The position numbers and the translations under genes were made by a program. A stretch of 64,000 bases of DNA from positions 96,001 through 160,000 of the forward strand of contig CAWFGE010000017.1 of NCBI GenBank assembly GCA_963815195.1, given 5' to 3'. The notes under the pieces were generated by a model. It worked only from the letters and a program-made list of their open reading frames with translations. It searched no databases and was not told the origin of the DNA. The stretch is from an uncultured Planctomycetaceae bacterium (GTDB lineage: Bacteria; Planctomycetota; Planctomycetia; Planctomycetales; Planctomycetaceae). Shown here one piece after another: positions 31,422 to 41,147 of the stretch; position 1 is the first letter of the stretch; every line of letters starts with the position of its first letter.

Positions 31422-32015
31422 TCAATTGTGTCCCACTTCCGGAAGCAGTTCCCAGCTTACTGCTTCGGCCATTTTTGCCCTGTAATGTTTTTTCACGTTC
31501 TTAGGAATCAATTTCTTGAGTTTCTTGCGGTCTGCAGTCGTTTGACGAACACCATCTTTGTATACGCGAATTTCACAGTGCTGGTAGTTTTCTGGTAAAG
31601 GATCATGTTCAAGGACAAATGTGTAAATGGCTTTGTCATTTTTTACCGGAGTCGGCATAGGATTGGCCAAAAGTTTCAGAATCCCCATGCAGAGTTTTCG
31701 ATTTCTCAGCTCAACAGGCTCCTTGGGTTCCGGCATAAGCACAAACCAGCATTTTCCACCGAGTCCACTCCGATTAACGGACTGGTCGGGAGTTGGAATC
31801 TGATTAGGTGTTATGCCTGTTGGATTGTCCTCGCCTCTGAATTCCTCCTTCATGTCGGTCCGATACCAACGAAAGAAAACTTGTTCACTATTTTCAAAAA
31901 CGGGCACAACGTCACGACTATGACGATGCATCTTGCGAGGTCTTGGACCTAACCAGACAAAACGACCAACGCAATAAAACAGTCGGCGGATTCTGCATGG
32001 AACGCGTTTTTCCAC
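31422..32015 (-). CDS. Hypothetical protein, putative ADP-ribosyltransferase-fold toxin (start uncertain)
   Basis: EQVFFR ... DQSVNR ... EHDPLPENYQHCEI motif spacing; last gene of the AT-richer module. Confidence 0.55.
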   Translation of the reverse strand: MEKRVPCRIRRLFYCVGRFVWLGPRPRKMHRHSRDVVPVFENSEQVFFRWYRTDMKEEFRGEDNPTGITPNQIPTPDQSVNRSGLGGKCWFVLMPEPKEPVELRNRKLCMGILKLLANPMPTPVKNDKAIYTFVLEHDPLPENYQHCEIRVYKDGVRQTTADRKKLKKLIPKNVKKHYRAKMAEAVSWELLPEVGHN

Positions 32016-32024
32016 GATAGCGGT

Positions 32025-32567
32025 CTATTTTTCAAGAAATCTTCTGATCTTATTAATCGTGTGCGGCAATTCCATTGCTTGCATTTCCCAGATTTCCGGT
32101 TCAGAATACCCCCGGTCATGAGTCATCGCGAGTATCTCGCCATCGTTAAAACATTCGACGTCGGCATATCGACTTCCTGACCAAAATCCAATGCAAACTG
32201 CATCATCAGTGGAGGGTTCGATTAGGCTCGGTTTAAGGTTATCCTTGTCTAATTGTGTTAATACCAAACCGGAATTCTGAATAGCAACCTGATTTGGTGC
32301 TTCGGCACCATTGGAATCCCAGTTATCTGGCAGCTTTTCGATCGCCGCTAGCGTACGCAGCGCGTCCTGTAACCAGTCGCTTGATGAATCGAGGCGATGA
32401 ACGTCGATCGTTGAAGAAATGTCGATAGGAAGCGCGGCCCCCTTTAATCTTTTACGATTAAAGCCGAAATCGGGCGGTGCATCATCTTGCCCTGTTGTAT
32501 CGAGGGGTCGAATCTCGTCCTTGATATATTCAACTTCCTGGGTGCAAACGGCCGCATAATCTATCAT
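32025..32567 (-). CDS. Hypothetical protein with L-x2-L-x2-NWDS-x-GA-x2-P motif, putative antitoxin
   Basis: ATG overlaps the upstream stop (ATGA 32567-32564); IEKLPDNWDSNGAEAP. Confidence 0.6.
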   Translation of the reverse strand: MIDYAAVCTQEVEYIKDEIRPLDTTGQDDAPPDFGFNRKRLKGAALPIDISSTIDVHRLDSSSDWLQDALRTLAAIEKLPDNWDSNGAEAPNQVAIQNSGLVLTQLDKDNLKPSLIEPSTDDAVCIGFWSGSRYADVECFNDGEILAMTHDRGYSEPEIWEMQAMELPHTINKIRRFLEK

Positions 32568-33378
32568 GGTATATTTCCCCAAATTTTGTGCATTTTTTTC
32601 GTGGTAAGATCCGCGAAGCCGCGTACAATCCATTCTCTTCCAAGGTCAAACCAATTGAGTATATCTGCCGTTTCTGTTGATCGTGGTTTTCCGCGGGCCA
32701 CGAGGGAAAAGGCTATTGCTTGAGACCCATCCGATTTGCGAATCACAGGGTTTGCCTCGACTCGCAACCTGCCGGATCTATCGGGCATCAAATAGGAGTA
32801 ATTGAAACGCGCCACTTCCGGTGCGGGAAGAAAGTCAGCTGGTTGATTTTTTCTAATAACGTTGAAAACTTGCTCCCATTCATCAACTGAAGCCCATCCT
32901 TCATTCCGTTTTATGTGGTTAACGTATGTGATCTCACATTGATTAACCGAAGGAGTAGCGAGTCCTTCCTTAGTTAAGAAGCTCAAAAAGCTTTGCCAAT
33001 ATTCTTCAAAACCCGGGCGAACGAAATCCTCGTATCGCGGGTATTCGAGATCCGAGTCGAGTTTTCGCCAGTTGAAAACAAGCCTGTCATTTTGCAACTG
33101 AATCAGGCTATGTTTGTCTTCGCTGGCAAACCAACAGCGAACTTCGGGAACATTAACCTGCTCGATTCGCAACTCAGTCCGAACAAAGGGCGGTTTCTCC
33201 ACATCTTCGGATTGCGGTTGGATGGGAGTCAGAACGCTCACCTCGGGAGAGATTGGCGAACAGACTGCCAAAACAAGCCGAAGTGTGGAATCGTCCAGCC
33301 TTCCACCGGTTGAAATTGGACACTCAAGGCTGTCTCAACAACCGGTGGATTCTTAAACTGTGGGAGGGGTTCAGTCAT
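32564..33378 (-). CDS. TIGR04255-family protein (one-base frameshift near 33246)
   Basis: Manual translation MTEPLPQFKNPPVVETALSVQF...HFGLFW joins the ORF containing RCWF, LIQLQNDRLVFNWR, YPRY, EITYVNHI and MHKIW. Confidence 0.8.
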
Positions 33379-33414
33379 AGAATTAGCAGGCATCGATGAT
33401 ATTCGAGGTTGGTG

Positions 33415-34485
33415 CTAGCTGACTTTGTTGAGTTTCGTCACGCGGCCGGTGACGACCCACTCGGCGACGAAGATGTTGCCGGCCTTGTCGAAGCAGGCAT
33501 CGTGGGGGTGCACGAATTTGCCGGGCTTCCATTGGGGGCGCTGGCTGCGCATTTTGAAGCCGTTGGCGAGGACCTGTTTTCGCCACTCGGGATCTTCGCC
33601 GAGGTGCGTGATGACGTTGTTGTCTTTATCCAACAGCGTGACCCGGGCGTGCAGGTCGGGGACGAGCATGATGTCCCCCTGAATGTCGATGTCGGCCGGG
33701 AACAAGAACCCGTCGAGCTTTTTGAGGAAGTTGCCCTCGAGGTCGAACCATTGCAGGCGTTTGTTGGCCCGGTCGCAGACGGCGATTTTGGGCGTGCCGT
33801 CGCGGTCGTCGAGCCATTGGCCGTGCGGGGTTTTGAATTGGCCGTCGGCGGTGCCGGTGCCGCCGAAGCTGCTCACGTATTTGTCGTTTTTGTCGTAATG
33901 ATGAATCCACCCGCTGCCGTAGCCGTCGCCCAGGTAATACCCGCCGTCGGGGGCGAAGTTGACATTCGTGGCGCGGAAGGGGGCTTTGCCTTCGTACTTC
34001 CCGGAGTCCTTGGTGATGGTGTCTTTATCCTTCTGCCAGACGATCTCGCCGGCGAGGGTCATCTTGGAGAAGCCGAAGGTGGCGTTATTGGGGGAGAGGT
34101 ACAGAAACTCTTCGCCGGCTTCTTTGCGGATGTCGATGCCGTGCCCGACGCCGCGACCGTTTTCCTGGTGCTGTTTGCCCATCGCGCGGATGAATTTGCC
34201 CTCGGGATCGAAGACGAAGATCGACCCCGGGCCGCCGTGATGGGTAATGTAAATCAGCCCCTGGCTGTCGATGGCCACGCCGTGCGAGGCTCCGCCGTAT
34301 TCGTGGCCGCCGGGCAGGTTGCCCCAGTCGTGCTGGCATTCGTACTGATGTTCGCCTTCGCCGACGAGGACCTGCTTGGGGTCCGTTTTGCGGGCGGTTA
34401 GAATCATGGGGGCCGCAAACGTGGCGGCGGCACCGGCGACGGCGGTTTTGGTGAACTCGCGCCGGGACAGGGAACGGTCGGTCAT
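33415..34485 (-). CDS. Tat-exported NHL-repeat beta-propeller protein
   Basis: SRREF Tat motif; HGVAIDSQG, DGYG, FKTPHG, DRANKRLQWF, HPHDACFD. Confidence 0.88.
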   Translation of the reverse strand: MTDRSLSRREFTKTAVAGAAATFAAPMILTARKTDPKQVLVGEGEHQYECQHDWGNLPGGHEYGGASHGVAIDSQGLIYITHHGGPGSIFVFDPEGKFIRAMGKQHQENGRGVGHGIDIRKEAGEEFLYLSPNNATFGFSKMTLAGEIVWQKDKDTITKDSGKYEGKAPFRATNVNFAPDGGYYLGDGYGSGWIHHYDKNDKYVSSFGGTGTADGQFKTPHGQWLDDRDGTPKIAVCDRANKRLQWFDLEGNFLKKLDGFLFPADIDIQGDIMLVPDLHARVTLLDKDNNVITHLGEDPEWRKQVLANGFKMRSQRPQWKPGKFVHPHDACFDKAGNIFVAEWVVTGRVTKLNKVS

Positions 34486-34586
34486 GATGGCTCTCTCCGA
34501 AAGAGGTCGGCAAAAATTGCCCAATGCGAAAAGTATTCCAGAATGCATGGTAACCAGCCGAGCGACCCATCGCCATCAAAACGGCA

Positions 34587-35538
34587 TTACTCCGGCAGGT
34601 CCAGCAGTTTGGCGGCGTTTTTGTGGCTGAGTTTGTCGATTTCGGGCCCCGTAAAATTCTCTTCGCGCAGTTCCAGGAGGAAGGCTTTCATGCCGTCGGT
34701 GTGGATGGGATTCAGATATTGCCCCAGATCGGACGACAGCACGAAATGATCCGCCCCCACCGCGGATGGCTTTGGCGTATTCCTTCGTCGAGACGTGCTT
34801 CCACTGCCTTTGAGACGGCAAATGCGACTGCGGGCCTTGCAGGTTCGACAGCCACACGCATTCCAGTTTCGCCCCCAGTCGGGCGGCTTCTTTCATCTGG
34901 TCGATCGACATGCGAACCGGATCGGCCATGGCATGCGTGACGAGCAGGCGTTTCACGCCGGCTTTCTTCGCCGCGCGGATCAGGATCAAACATTCCTCCG
35001 CCGAGGAATGCCCGGTCTCCAAGACGAGGTCGTGTTTGGCGGCGAGGTCGAAGATCGGCTTAAGCTCCGGCACGGGTTTTCCGTCGCGGACCACGGACAC
35101 GAACGGCCGCTTCTCCTGGAACCGGGCCACGTGATTCTCGGCATCGAAGGTCGGCAGCCAGACGACTTTTCCCCGCCCGCCGGTGAATGCCACCATCTGC
35201 TCGACGGCGGCGGCGTTCAAACCGCCCACCGCGCGGTTGAGCACAATCCCGCCGTAACACCGCATGCCCGTCGCGCGCTCGGCCAGCCACGCGCGGTCGG
35301 CGGTCATCGTGAAATGGTTCTTGAGCACGATCGCCTGCATGCCGTTGGCTTTGGCGATTTTGGCGATCTCCAGATCGGTCACGCTGCGGGTGAAGCTGTC
35401 CGGGCCGGAATGCACATGAAAATCAATCGCCCCCTGGAGCGGATTGCCGGTGAGCGTGACCGGAGCCTGAGCTATGGCCGCTCGTCCGGAAAGACACAGC
35501 ATCCCGATTCCCCAAACCAACATCTTTGCCGCACGCAT
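34587..35538 (-). CDS. DUF6282-like amidohydrolase-fold protein (frameshift near 34765)
   Basis: IDFHVHSGPD, LKNH, WLPTFD, ETGH, VTH, then SSDLGQ and KNAAKLL in the shifted frame. Confidence 0.8.
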
Positions 35539-35653
35539 CGCGCCCGTCCCTTGTCTCGATCCCCCGATTCACCGGCCGACACGACCGGTTTCTCGGACAT
35601 TACAACCGATCGGCCGGGAAATGAAAAGTCGCCGCGGGATGCGTTGCGGGCCG

Positions 35654-36256
35654 TCAAGCGAGGATCAGGGGTTTTCGTTTTTGCGCGGTCTCGGCGTCGC
35701 GGGTGAGTTGCAAGGGGCCCAGGGTTCCGTCTTCGCCGGCATCGAACGCCCGGCCCCAATCGGGGAAGCGGCCGAGGTTCAACCGGCAGAGAATCTGATA
35801 GTCGCGGATCATCTTGTGGCGGATATCGGGATCGACGACGAGCGCGGCATCGGCGGCGGTCACGACCGCGGCGATGACTTTACTGCCTTCGGTCGCCCGG
35901 CTCGGGGCTTTGACGGATTGCAGCGCCAACGCCGCCGCGTTGACGGCGGCATAGGCCGCGTTGCAGCTTAAGGCGGCCCGCGTGTCCGGCGATTCGCCTT
36001 CGCTGACGGCCATCAACGCATGCACCACCCGCTCCTCCGCCGAGACCACCACCTGCTCCTCTTGCAGACGGCCGGCCACGAAGTCGAGCGAAGTCTGGAC
36101 GGCCTCCCGCACCGCTTCCTCCGCCAAATATCCCGCGGGATGTCCCGCCGGCAGAGAAAAGTACGGGGCCACCCGCTGGGCACACCGGGCGGCATAGGCC
36201 ACCAAAGCCCGCAGCGGCAATTTCTTCAACAAATTCCCATTGGGGATTCCAGCCAT
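35654..36256 (-). CDS. Ala-rich helical hypothetical protein (Imm5-like N-terminus)
   Basis: LPLRALVAYAARCAQRV; GTLGPL near the C-terminus; GGAG upstream. Confidence 0.6.
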   Translation of the reverse strand: MAGIPNGNLLKKLPLRALVAYAARCAQRVAPYFSLPAGHPAGYLAEEAVREAVQTSLDFVAGRLQEEQVVVSAEERVVHALMAVSEGESPDTRAALSCNAAYAAVNAAALALQSVKAPSRATEGSKVIAAVVTAADAALVVDPDIRHKMIRDYQILCRLNLGRFPDWGRAFDAGEDGTLGPLQLTRDAETAQKRKPLILA

Positions 36257-36700
36257 CGAACGCTCGTGCTCCTTGAAAAAATGCGGCCCGCACTTTGGCA
36301 TCGATGAATGACAACCGGCAGGGCGACGCGATTTTGCCGCGACGCGTTTTTTTTCGTCAGAAGCCGGCCTTAAGAAAACCTACATCACAGTCCGAAGCGT
36401 GCAGGCGAATGCCGCTCGCGGCCTGCGACATCCTCCCAAACGGCGGGGCAGATTCCCGAGAATCCGCAAATCCGGCACGACTGGTCCGGGAATCCCCTTG
36501 TTCGGCATCCTGCGATCCATTTTTTTCGGGCAAGGGAGAAAATGGAATCAACATTTACTAACGCAGCGTGCGCAAATCCGCACGTTTTTCCGATTCAAAA
36601 TCCCAAATCCGAATTTCGAGGTTTGCATTTCGGATTTTCCCGTCCCCGGCTTTTCCCCTCTTCCGCTTTTCGATCCTTCGACTTGGAACGGACGACGATC

Positions 36701-37624
36701 ATGATGCCGACCCTCACCGAATCCGTGGATGCCGTCGATCGGCTGATCGACCGCATCGGACAATTGCACGCCTCCCCGACCGTGTCGCAAAGACTGTTGC
36801 AGTTGACGCGTCATCCGGAGTTTTCCATTTCGGAAGTGGCCGACTGTCTGGAGCACGACCCGGCGCTTGCCGCCCGGATCTTGCGCGTGGTCAATTCGTC
36901 CCGGTACGGGTTGTCGCGGAAGGTCAGCAGCATCCGGCACGCCGCGGCCTATTTGGGGCAGCGGTCGCTGCGGATGTTTGCGATCACGTTTGCCCTCGTG
37001 GAAACGCTGACCTCGAAATCGCCCGTCTCCACCGGATACTGGCCGCGGGCGATTACGATGGCCTCGTCGGTGTCGCTGCTCTGTGAGAATCGCGCCCCCA
37101 AATGCCGAGACGACGCCTACACGAGCGGGCTGTTGGCGGACGTGGGGATTCTCGTCTTGGCCCAACTCGAAGCCCCGCGGTACGAGCCGCTGTTCGCCAC
37201 GCACGAGCACGGATCCGACCTGCTAACGGTCGAGCAAGAGGCATTTCAGTTTACGCATCCCCTGCTGGGAGCGCGGTTGTTGCAAATGTGGGAAGTGCCC
37301 GATCCCGTCGTGAATGCGGTCGCGATGCACCACGGCCCGGCTTCGACGGGCGATATGCTGGAACGGGTCGTGCAAGCGGGGGACATTCTCGCCTCGGCGG
37401 TGGTCGATCCCGAGCCCGAGAAAATCGCCCGGGTCCGATTGCGATTCTCCGACGAGTTCGACTTCGACCGCGCGAGTTTCCTGGCGTTTGCGGAAACGCT
37501 TCAGCAACGGATCATCCAAGGCGAAGACCTCGCCGATTGCGGAACCCGCCTCGCCGGGCGGTTTGCCGAGTTCTTGCAGTTCCTCCGCACCGAGCCCGAT
37601 CAAACCGAAACGGTGGTGATGTGA
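36701..37624 (+). CDS. HDOD domain signal-transduction protein
   Basis: DPALAARILRVVNS, AAAYLG, GLLADVG, HPLLGARLLQMW, AMHH. Confidence 0.9.
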   Translation: MMPTLTESVDAVDRLIDRIGQLHASPTVSQRLLQLTRHPEFSISEVADCLEHDPALAARILRVVNSSRYGLSRKVSSIRHAAAYLGQRSLRMFAITFALVETLTSKSPVSTGYWPRAITMASSVSLLCENRAPKCRDDAYTSGLLADVGILVLAQLEAPRYEPLFATHEHGSDLLTVEQEAFQFTHPLLGARLLQMWEVPDPVVNAVAMHHGPASTGDMLERVVQAGDILASAVVDPEPEKIARVRLRFSDEFDFDRASFLAFAETLQQRIIQGEDLADCGTRLAGRFAEFLQFLRTEPDQTETVVM

Positions 37625-37627
37625 AGA

Positions 37628-37722
37628 GAGCCGCGCACGCCGTAAGCGGATTTTTTTGGAGTCCCGCTTACTGCGTGCGCGGCTCTTTCTGTGCGCGGCG
37701 TTTTCTGTGCGCGGCGTTTTCT
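37628..37722. repeat. REP family A copy 3 followed by short tandem TTTCTGTGCGCGGCG repeats
   Basis: GAGCCGCGCACGCCGTAAGCGG ... CCGCTTACTGCGTGCGCGGCTC. Confidence 0.8.
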
Positions 37723-38072
37723 AATGCGAAATTCAATCGTTTTGGCCGCGGGCTGGAAATCTTGACAACCCGCACAATCGGCAGGGGTTGTCGCGCGTTT
37801 TCGGGCGGAAGTTCAAATTCCCCAAGTAAAGCGCTATTTGGGGGATTCCCTTGACGATGAATGTTCCGTGCGTGTCGGTGATGCTGCGGAGCACTCCACA
37901 CCCAGTCCTTGGGCGGCTCCTTCACGTTGAAAACGCCGTCGCCGGAAGCCGCCCGGAGGATTGCCTTTGTTTCGGGAGAAGTTTATGCCTCACGGGACCG
38001 TCGAGGAATGGCCGTCCCGGTCATTTTTCTCGTTTTCCGTTACGCCGGTCCGCTGGAGAAGGAGTTCAAGTG

Positions 38073-38297
38073 ATGCTAGTGCTGTCAAGACAGCGGGACG
38101 AGAGCATCATCATCGGGGACGACATCGTAATTACGATTGTCAATATCCGAGGTGATAAAGTTCGCCTGGGGATTCAGGCCCCCAAAGAGATCCCCGTTCA
38201 CCGCCAGGAAGTTTACGACGCGATCAAGAGACAGAGCGCTTCGCCGAACGCGCCGGACTCGGTTGCGGATCCCACGGATTCGGAAAATGCTTCCTGA
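38073..38297 (+). CDS. csrA: Carbon storage regulator
   Basis: [18 protein letters not shown]...[28 protein letters not shown]. Confidence 0.97.
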   Translation: MLVLSRQRDESIIIGDDIVITIVNIRGDKVRLGIQAPKEIPVHRQEVYDAIKRQSASPNAPDSVADPTDSENAS

Positions 38298-38594
38298 CAG
38301 CCCGCCTGCGGATTGGCCCCTGAGACCCGTCCCGCCCGCTTCCCCTTTTGGCACTGGCGCGATTCATCCGCGCGGGGTTTCCCTAAGGGCCAAGCCCATG
38401 CGGTTGTTCTGGGCGCGAATTGAAGGATGCCCCCTCGGCGACGGTTGCATCGGCCGCAACGATCTTGACGCCGTGATTCCCATTTCCATCGCATTCCGGG
38501 AATTCCCTTTAAGTTCCTCAGCGTTTCCCATTTTTTCTGACCGATAGTTTGCTGAAGAGAAGTTTCACGGGCGTTTCCGCTTTCCAACCGCGCG

Positions 38595-38859
38595 ATGCGG
38601 GATGACAACGAAGACAGCGGGGGCGTCGTTTGGATGAAACCGATCCCCCAATCCGCTTCCGAAGGACTCGGCCGACTCCCCAGAACCCCGGCCCCTTCCC
38701 AAAGCGACCACGAAACACAACAAATGCGGTGACACGTTTTTCCGGTGGAAACCCGATCGGCGGGTCATCCAGGACGAAAACAACCCCTTTGCCAGCCGCA
38801 GGAACAATCGGTCCGGCAGTTTCCAACGGAACCAGCACACAGAGAAAGGGTCTTCCTTC
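38595..38859 (+). promoter_or_regulatory. Flagellin leader with multiple GGA motifs (candidate CsrA sites)
   Basis: GGA at 38600, 38632, 38664, 38747, 38772, 38801 and 38828; CCGA-AGGAC-TCGG and GTTT-GGATG-AAAC place GGA in loops. Confidence 0.55.
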
Positions 38860-40989
38860 ATGTCTCGAATCAACACAAACATCGCCGCCCTCACGGGCCT
38901 CAGGAACTTGAATAAAGCCAACGACCTGTTGAACACGTCGTTGACGCGGCTCTCGACGGGCCTTCAAATCAACTCCGGCAGAGACAACCCGGCCGGTTTG
39001 ATCGCCAGCGAATCGCTGCGGTTGCAGGTCACCAGCATCGAGCAGTCCATCAAAAACAGCAACCGGGCCAACGACGTGATTTCCACGGCGGACGGGGCAC
39101 TTGGGGAAATCAACGGGCTCTTAAGCCAGGTTCGCGGCCTGGTGCAGGAAGGCCTGAACGACGGGGCGTTATCCCAGTCGGAAATCGAGGCGAACCAGCT
39201 CCAAATCGACGCCGCCCTCTCCGCCATCAACCGGATTTCCTCGAACACCACCTTCGCCGGCGACAAGCTCATCGATGGCAGCAAGGCGTTTACGACCACC
39301 GTCTCCACGGCCGACTCGGCCAAGCTCGACGACTTCCGCATCAACGAAGCCTTGCTCGGCACGAGCGGTCAAATCGATTTGAACACCGAGGTCACCTCCG
39401 CCGCCGAGAAAGCCCAACTGCGATACGCCGGCGGCGACTTGACGGGCGCGTCCACAATTGAAATCTCCGGCTCCAACGGCCAGGAAGTGTTGTTCCTGGG
39501 CGGGTCCAGCACGGTGCAAAACATCCGCGACGCCGTGAACAACGTCTCGGATTCCACCGGCGTGACAGCCCGCGTTTTGGACGGGGCATCGCAGACGATC
39601 GCCGCCACCCAATCCGCCGCGACCTTGGATTCCGCCGCCGCCAATGCCGACGTGACCTTCACGCGGGTCGACGCCGGCACCGATGCGACCTTGGGCGGAA
39701 AAGTCTCTGTGTCCTTTGTCGATCCCGGGGCCGCCAGCCAGAGTCTGGGCGTCAACACCACCGTCAATTCCAACGGCGACGTGGACATTGTGGTCAGCCT
39801 GGCCACGGACGGGGCCTCGGCCATCACCTCCACGGCCGACGACATTCAAAACCTGATCAACAACGACGCCACCGCCAGCCAATACGTCACGGCGGCCGAA
39901 GAAGGCACGGGAGCGGGTGTGGTCGATGCCATCGCCGCGACCGACCTGACCGGTGCCCTGGACGCGGGCACGCTGAACTTCATCGACGCCCGCCCCACCG
40001 GCTCGGCCGGGACCGTGAACGTCGTTCTGGCCGATCCGGGTGCCAACAACTCGCCCTTGGGCGTGTCGGTGTCCACGAGCGGCAACGATTCCACGGTGAC
40101 CGTCAATCTCGCCACCGACGGCACCGGCACGATCACCTCGACCCTCGATGAGATCGCCGCCGCGATTCAGAACGACAGCACCGCCAGCGGGTTGATCGAC
40201 GCCAGCGTGACCGGCGAGGGCAACTCGGTCTCCACCGCCCTCGGCTCCACGGCGCTCGACCAAACGAACGGCTCGGTCCTCGCCTTCGAAAGCGCGAACT
40301 ACGGATCCCGCGAGTTCGTGGGCCTCAACGTCCTCGACGGCACCTTCGACACCACCGGCTCCGACAACACCACCGAATCCCGCCGGGACACCGGAGAGGA
40401 CATCGGCGTCACCGTCAACGGCCAGGCCGCCGAAGGCGACGGGCTGAAAGCCACCGTGCGGAACTCCACGCTCGACGCCTCCTTCAGCTTCGACAAAGAC
40501 AGCAACGCCGTCGGCACCACCGCGACCGTTCAGATCACCGGGGGCGGGGCGCTGTTCCAGATCGGCCAGGAAGTCTCCGCCGCCGGCCAGGTCGGGATCG
40601 GCATCGACGCCGTCAACACCGCCCGTCTCGGCGGCATCACCGGGAAGCTCTACGAACTCGGCACGGGCAACGGCAAAAGCCTGCTGGACGTGAGTGCCGG
40701 AAAAGCCAACGGGGCCGACCTGGTCAGCATCATCGAAGAAGCCCTCGACCGCGTCTCCACGCTCCGGGGCCGATTGGGATCGGTGCAGAAAAACGTGATC
40801 GAGACCAACGTCTCCACGCTGGGCGTGGCCTTGGAAAACATCTCCGCGGCCCGCAGCGAAATCACCGACACCGACTTCGCCTCCGAAACCGCCGCCCTCA
40901 CCAAAGCCCAGATTCTGCAACAATCGGGCATCTCCGTGTTGTCCATCGCCAACCAGGCCCCGCAGCAAGTCTTGAAGCTGCTCGGATAA
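38860..40989 (+). CDS. fliC: Flagellin (709 aa)
   Basis: RINTNIAAL...RLSTGLQINSGRDNPAGL; C-terminal SEITDTDFASETAALTKAQILQQ...QVLKLL. Confidence 0.97.
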   Translation: MSRINTNIAALTGLRNLNKANDLLNTSLTRLSTGLQINSGRDNPAGLIASESLRLQVTSIEQSIKNSNRANDVISTADGALGEINGLLSQVRGLVQEGLNDGALSQSEIEANQLQIDAALSAINRISSNTTFAGDKLIDGSKAFTTTVSTADSAKLDDFRINEALLGTSGQIDLNTEVTSAAEKAQLRYAGGDLTGASTIEISGSNGQEVLFLGGSSTVQNIRDAVNNVSDSTGVTARVLDGASQTIAATQSAATLDSAAANADVTFTRVDAGTDATLGGKVSVSFVDPGAASQSLGVNTTVNSNGDVDIVVSLATDGASAITSTADDIQNLINNDATASQYVTAAEEGTGAGVVDAIAATDLTGALDAGTLNFIDARPTGSAGTVNVVLADPGANNSPLGVSVSTSGNDSTVTVNLATDGTGTITSTLDEIAAAIQNDSTASGLIDASVTGEGNSVSTALGSTALDQTNGSVLAFESANYGSREFVGLNVLDGTFDTTGSDNTTESRRDTGEDIGVTVNGQAAEGDGLKATVRNSTLDASFSFDKDSNAVGTTATVQITGGGALFQIGQEVSAAGQVGIGIDAVNTARLGGITGKLYELGTGNGKSLLDVSAGKANGADLVSIIEEALDRVSTLRGRLGSVQKNVIETNVSTLGVALENISAARSEITDTDFASETAALTKAQILQQSGISVLSIANQAPQQVLKLLG

Positions 40990-41025
40990 TCTCCACGCCG
41001 GATTTGATGACCCGCAACAACGCCC

Positions 41026-41070
41026 CAACCGGCGGCTTCGCCCTCCAGCGAAGCCGCCGGTTGTCGTTTT
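41026..41070 (+). terminator. Intrinsic terminator after flagellin
   Basis: 15-bp stem CAACCGGCGGCTTCG/CGAAGCCGCCGGTTG followed by TCGTTTT. Confidence 0.75.
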
Positions 41071-41147
41071 CGCGTTTAGAACATGTATTGAAATTGCATT
41101 GATATAAAGAACCGCTACAACTCGACGGCACCGATTCCCGATTCCGC

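Noticed and set aside
38518..38547. Sigma28 promoter for flagellin
   Set aside because: ACCGATAG resembles the -10 box but no TAAA-like -35 lies at the canonical spacing; left unassigned.
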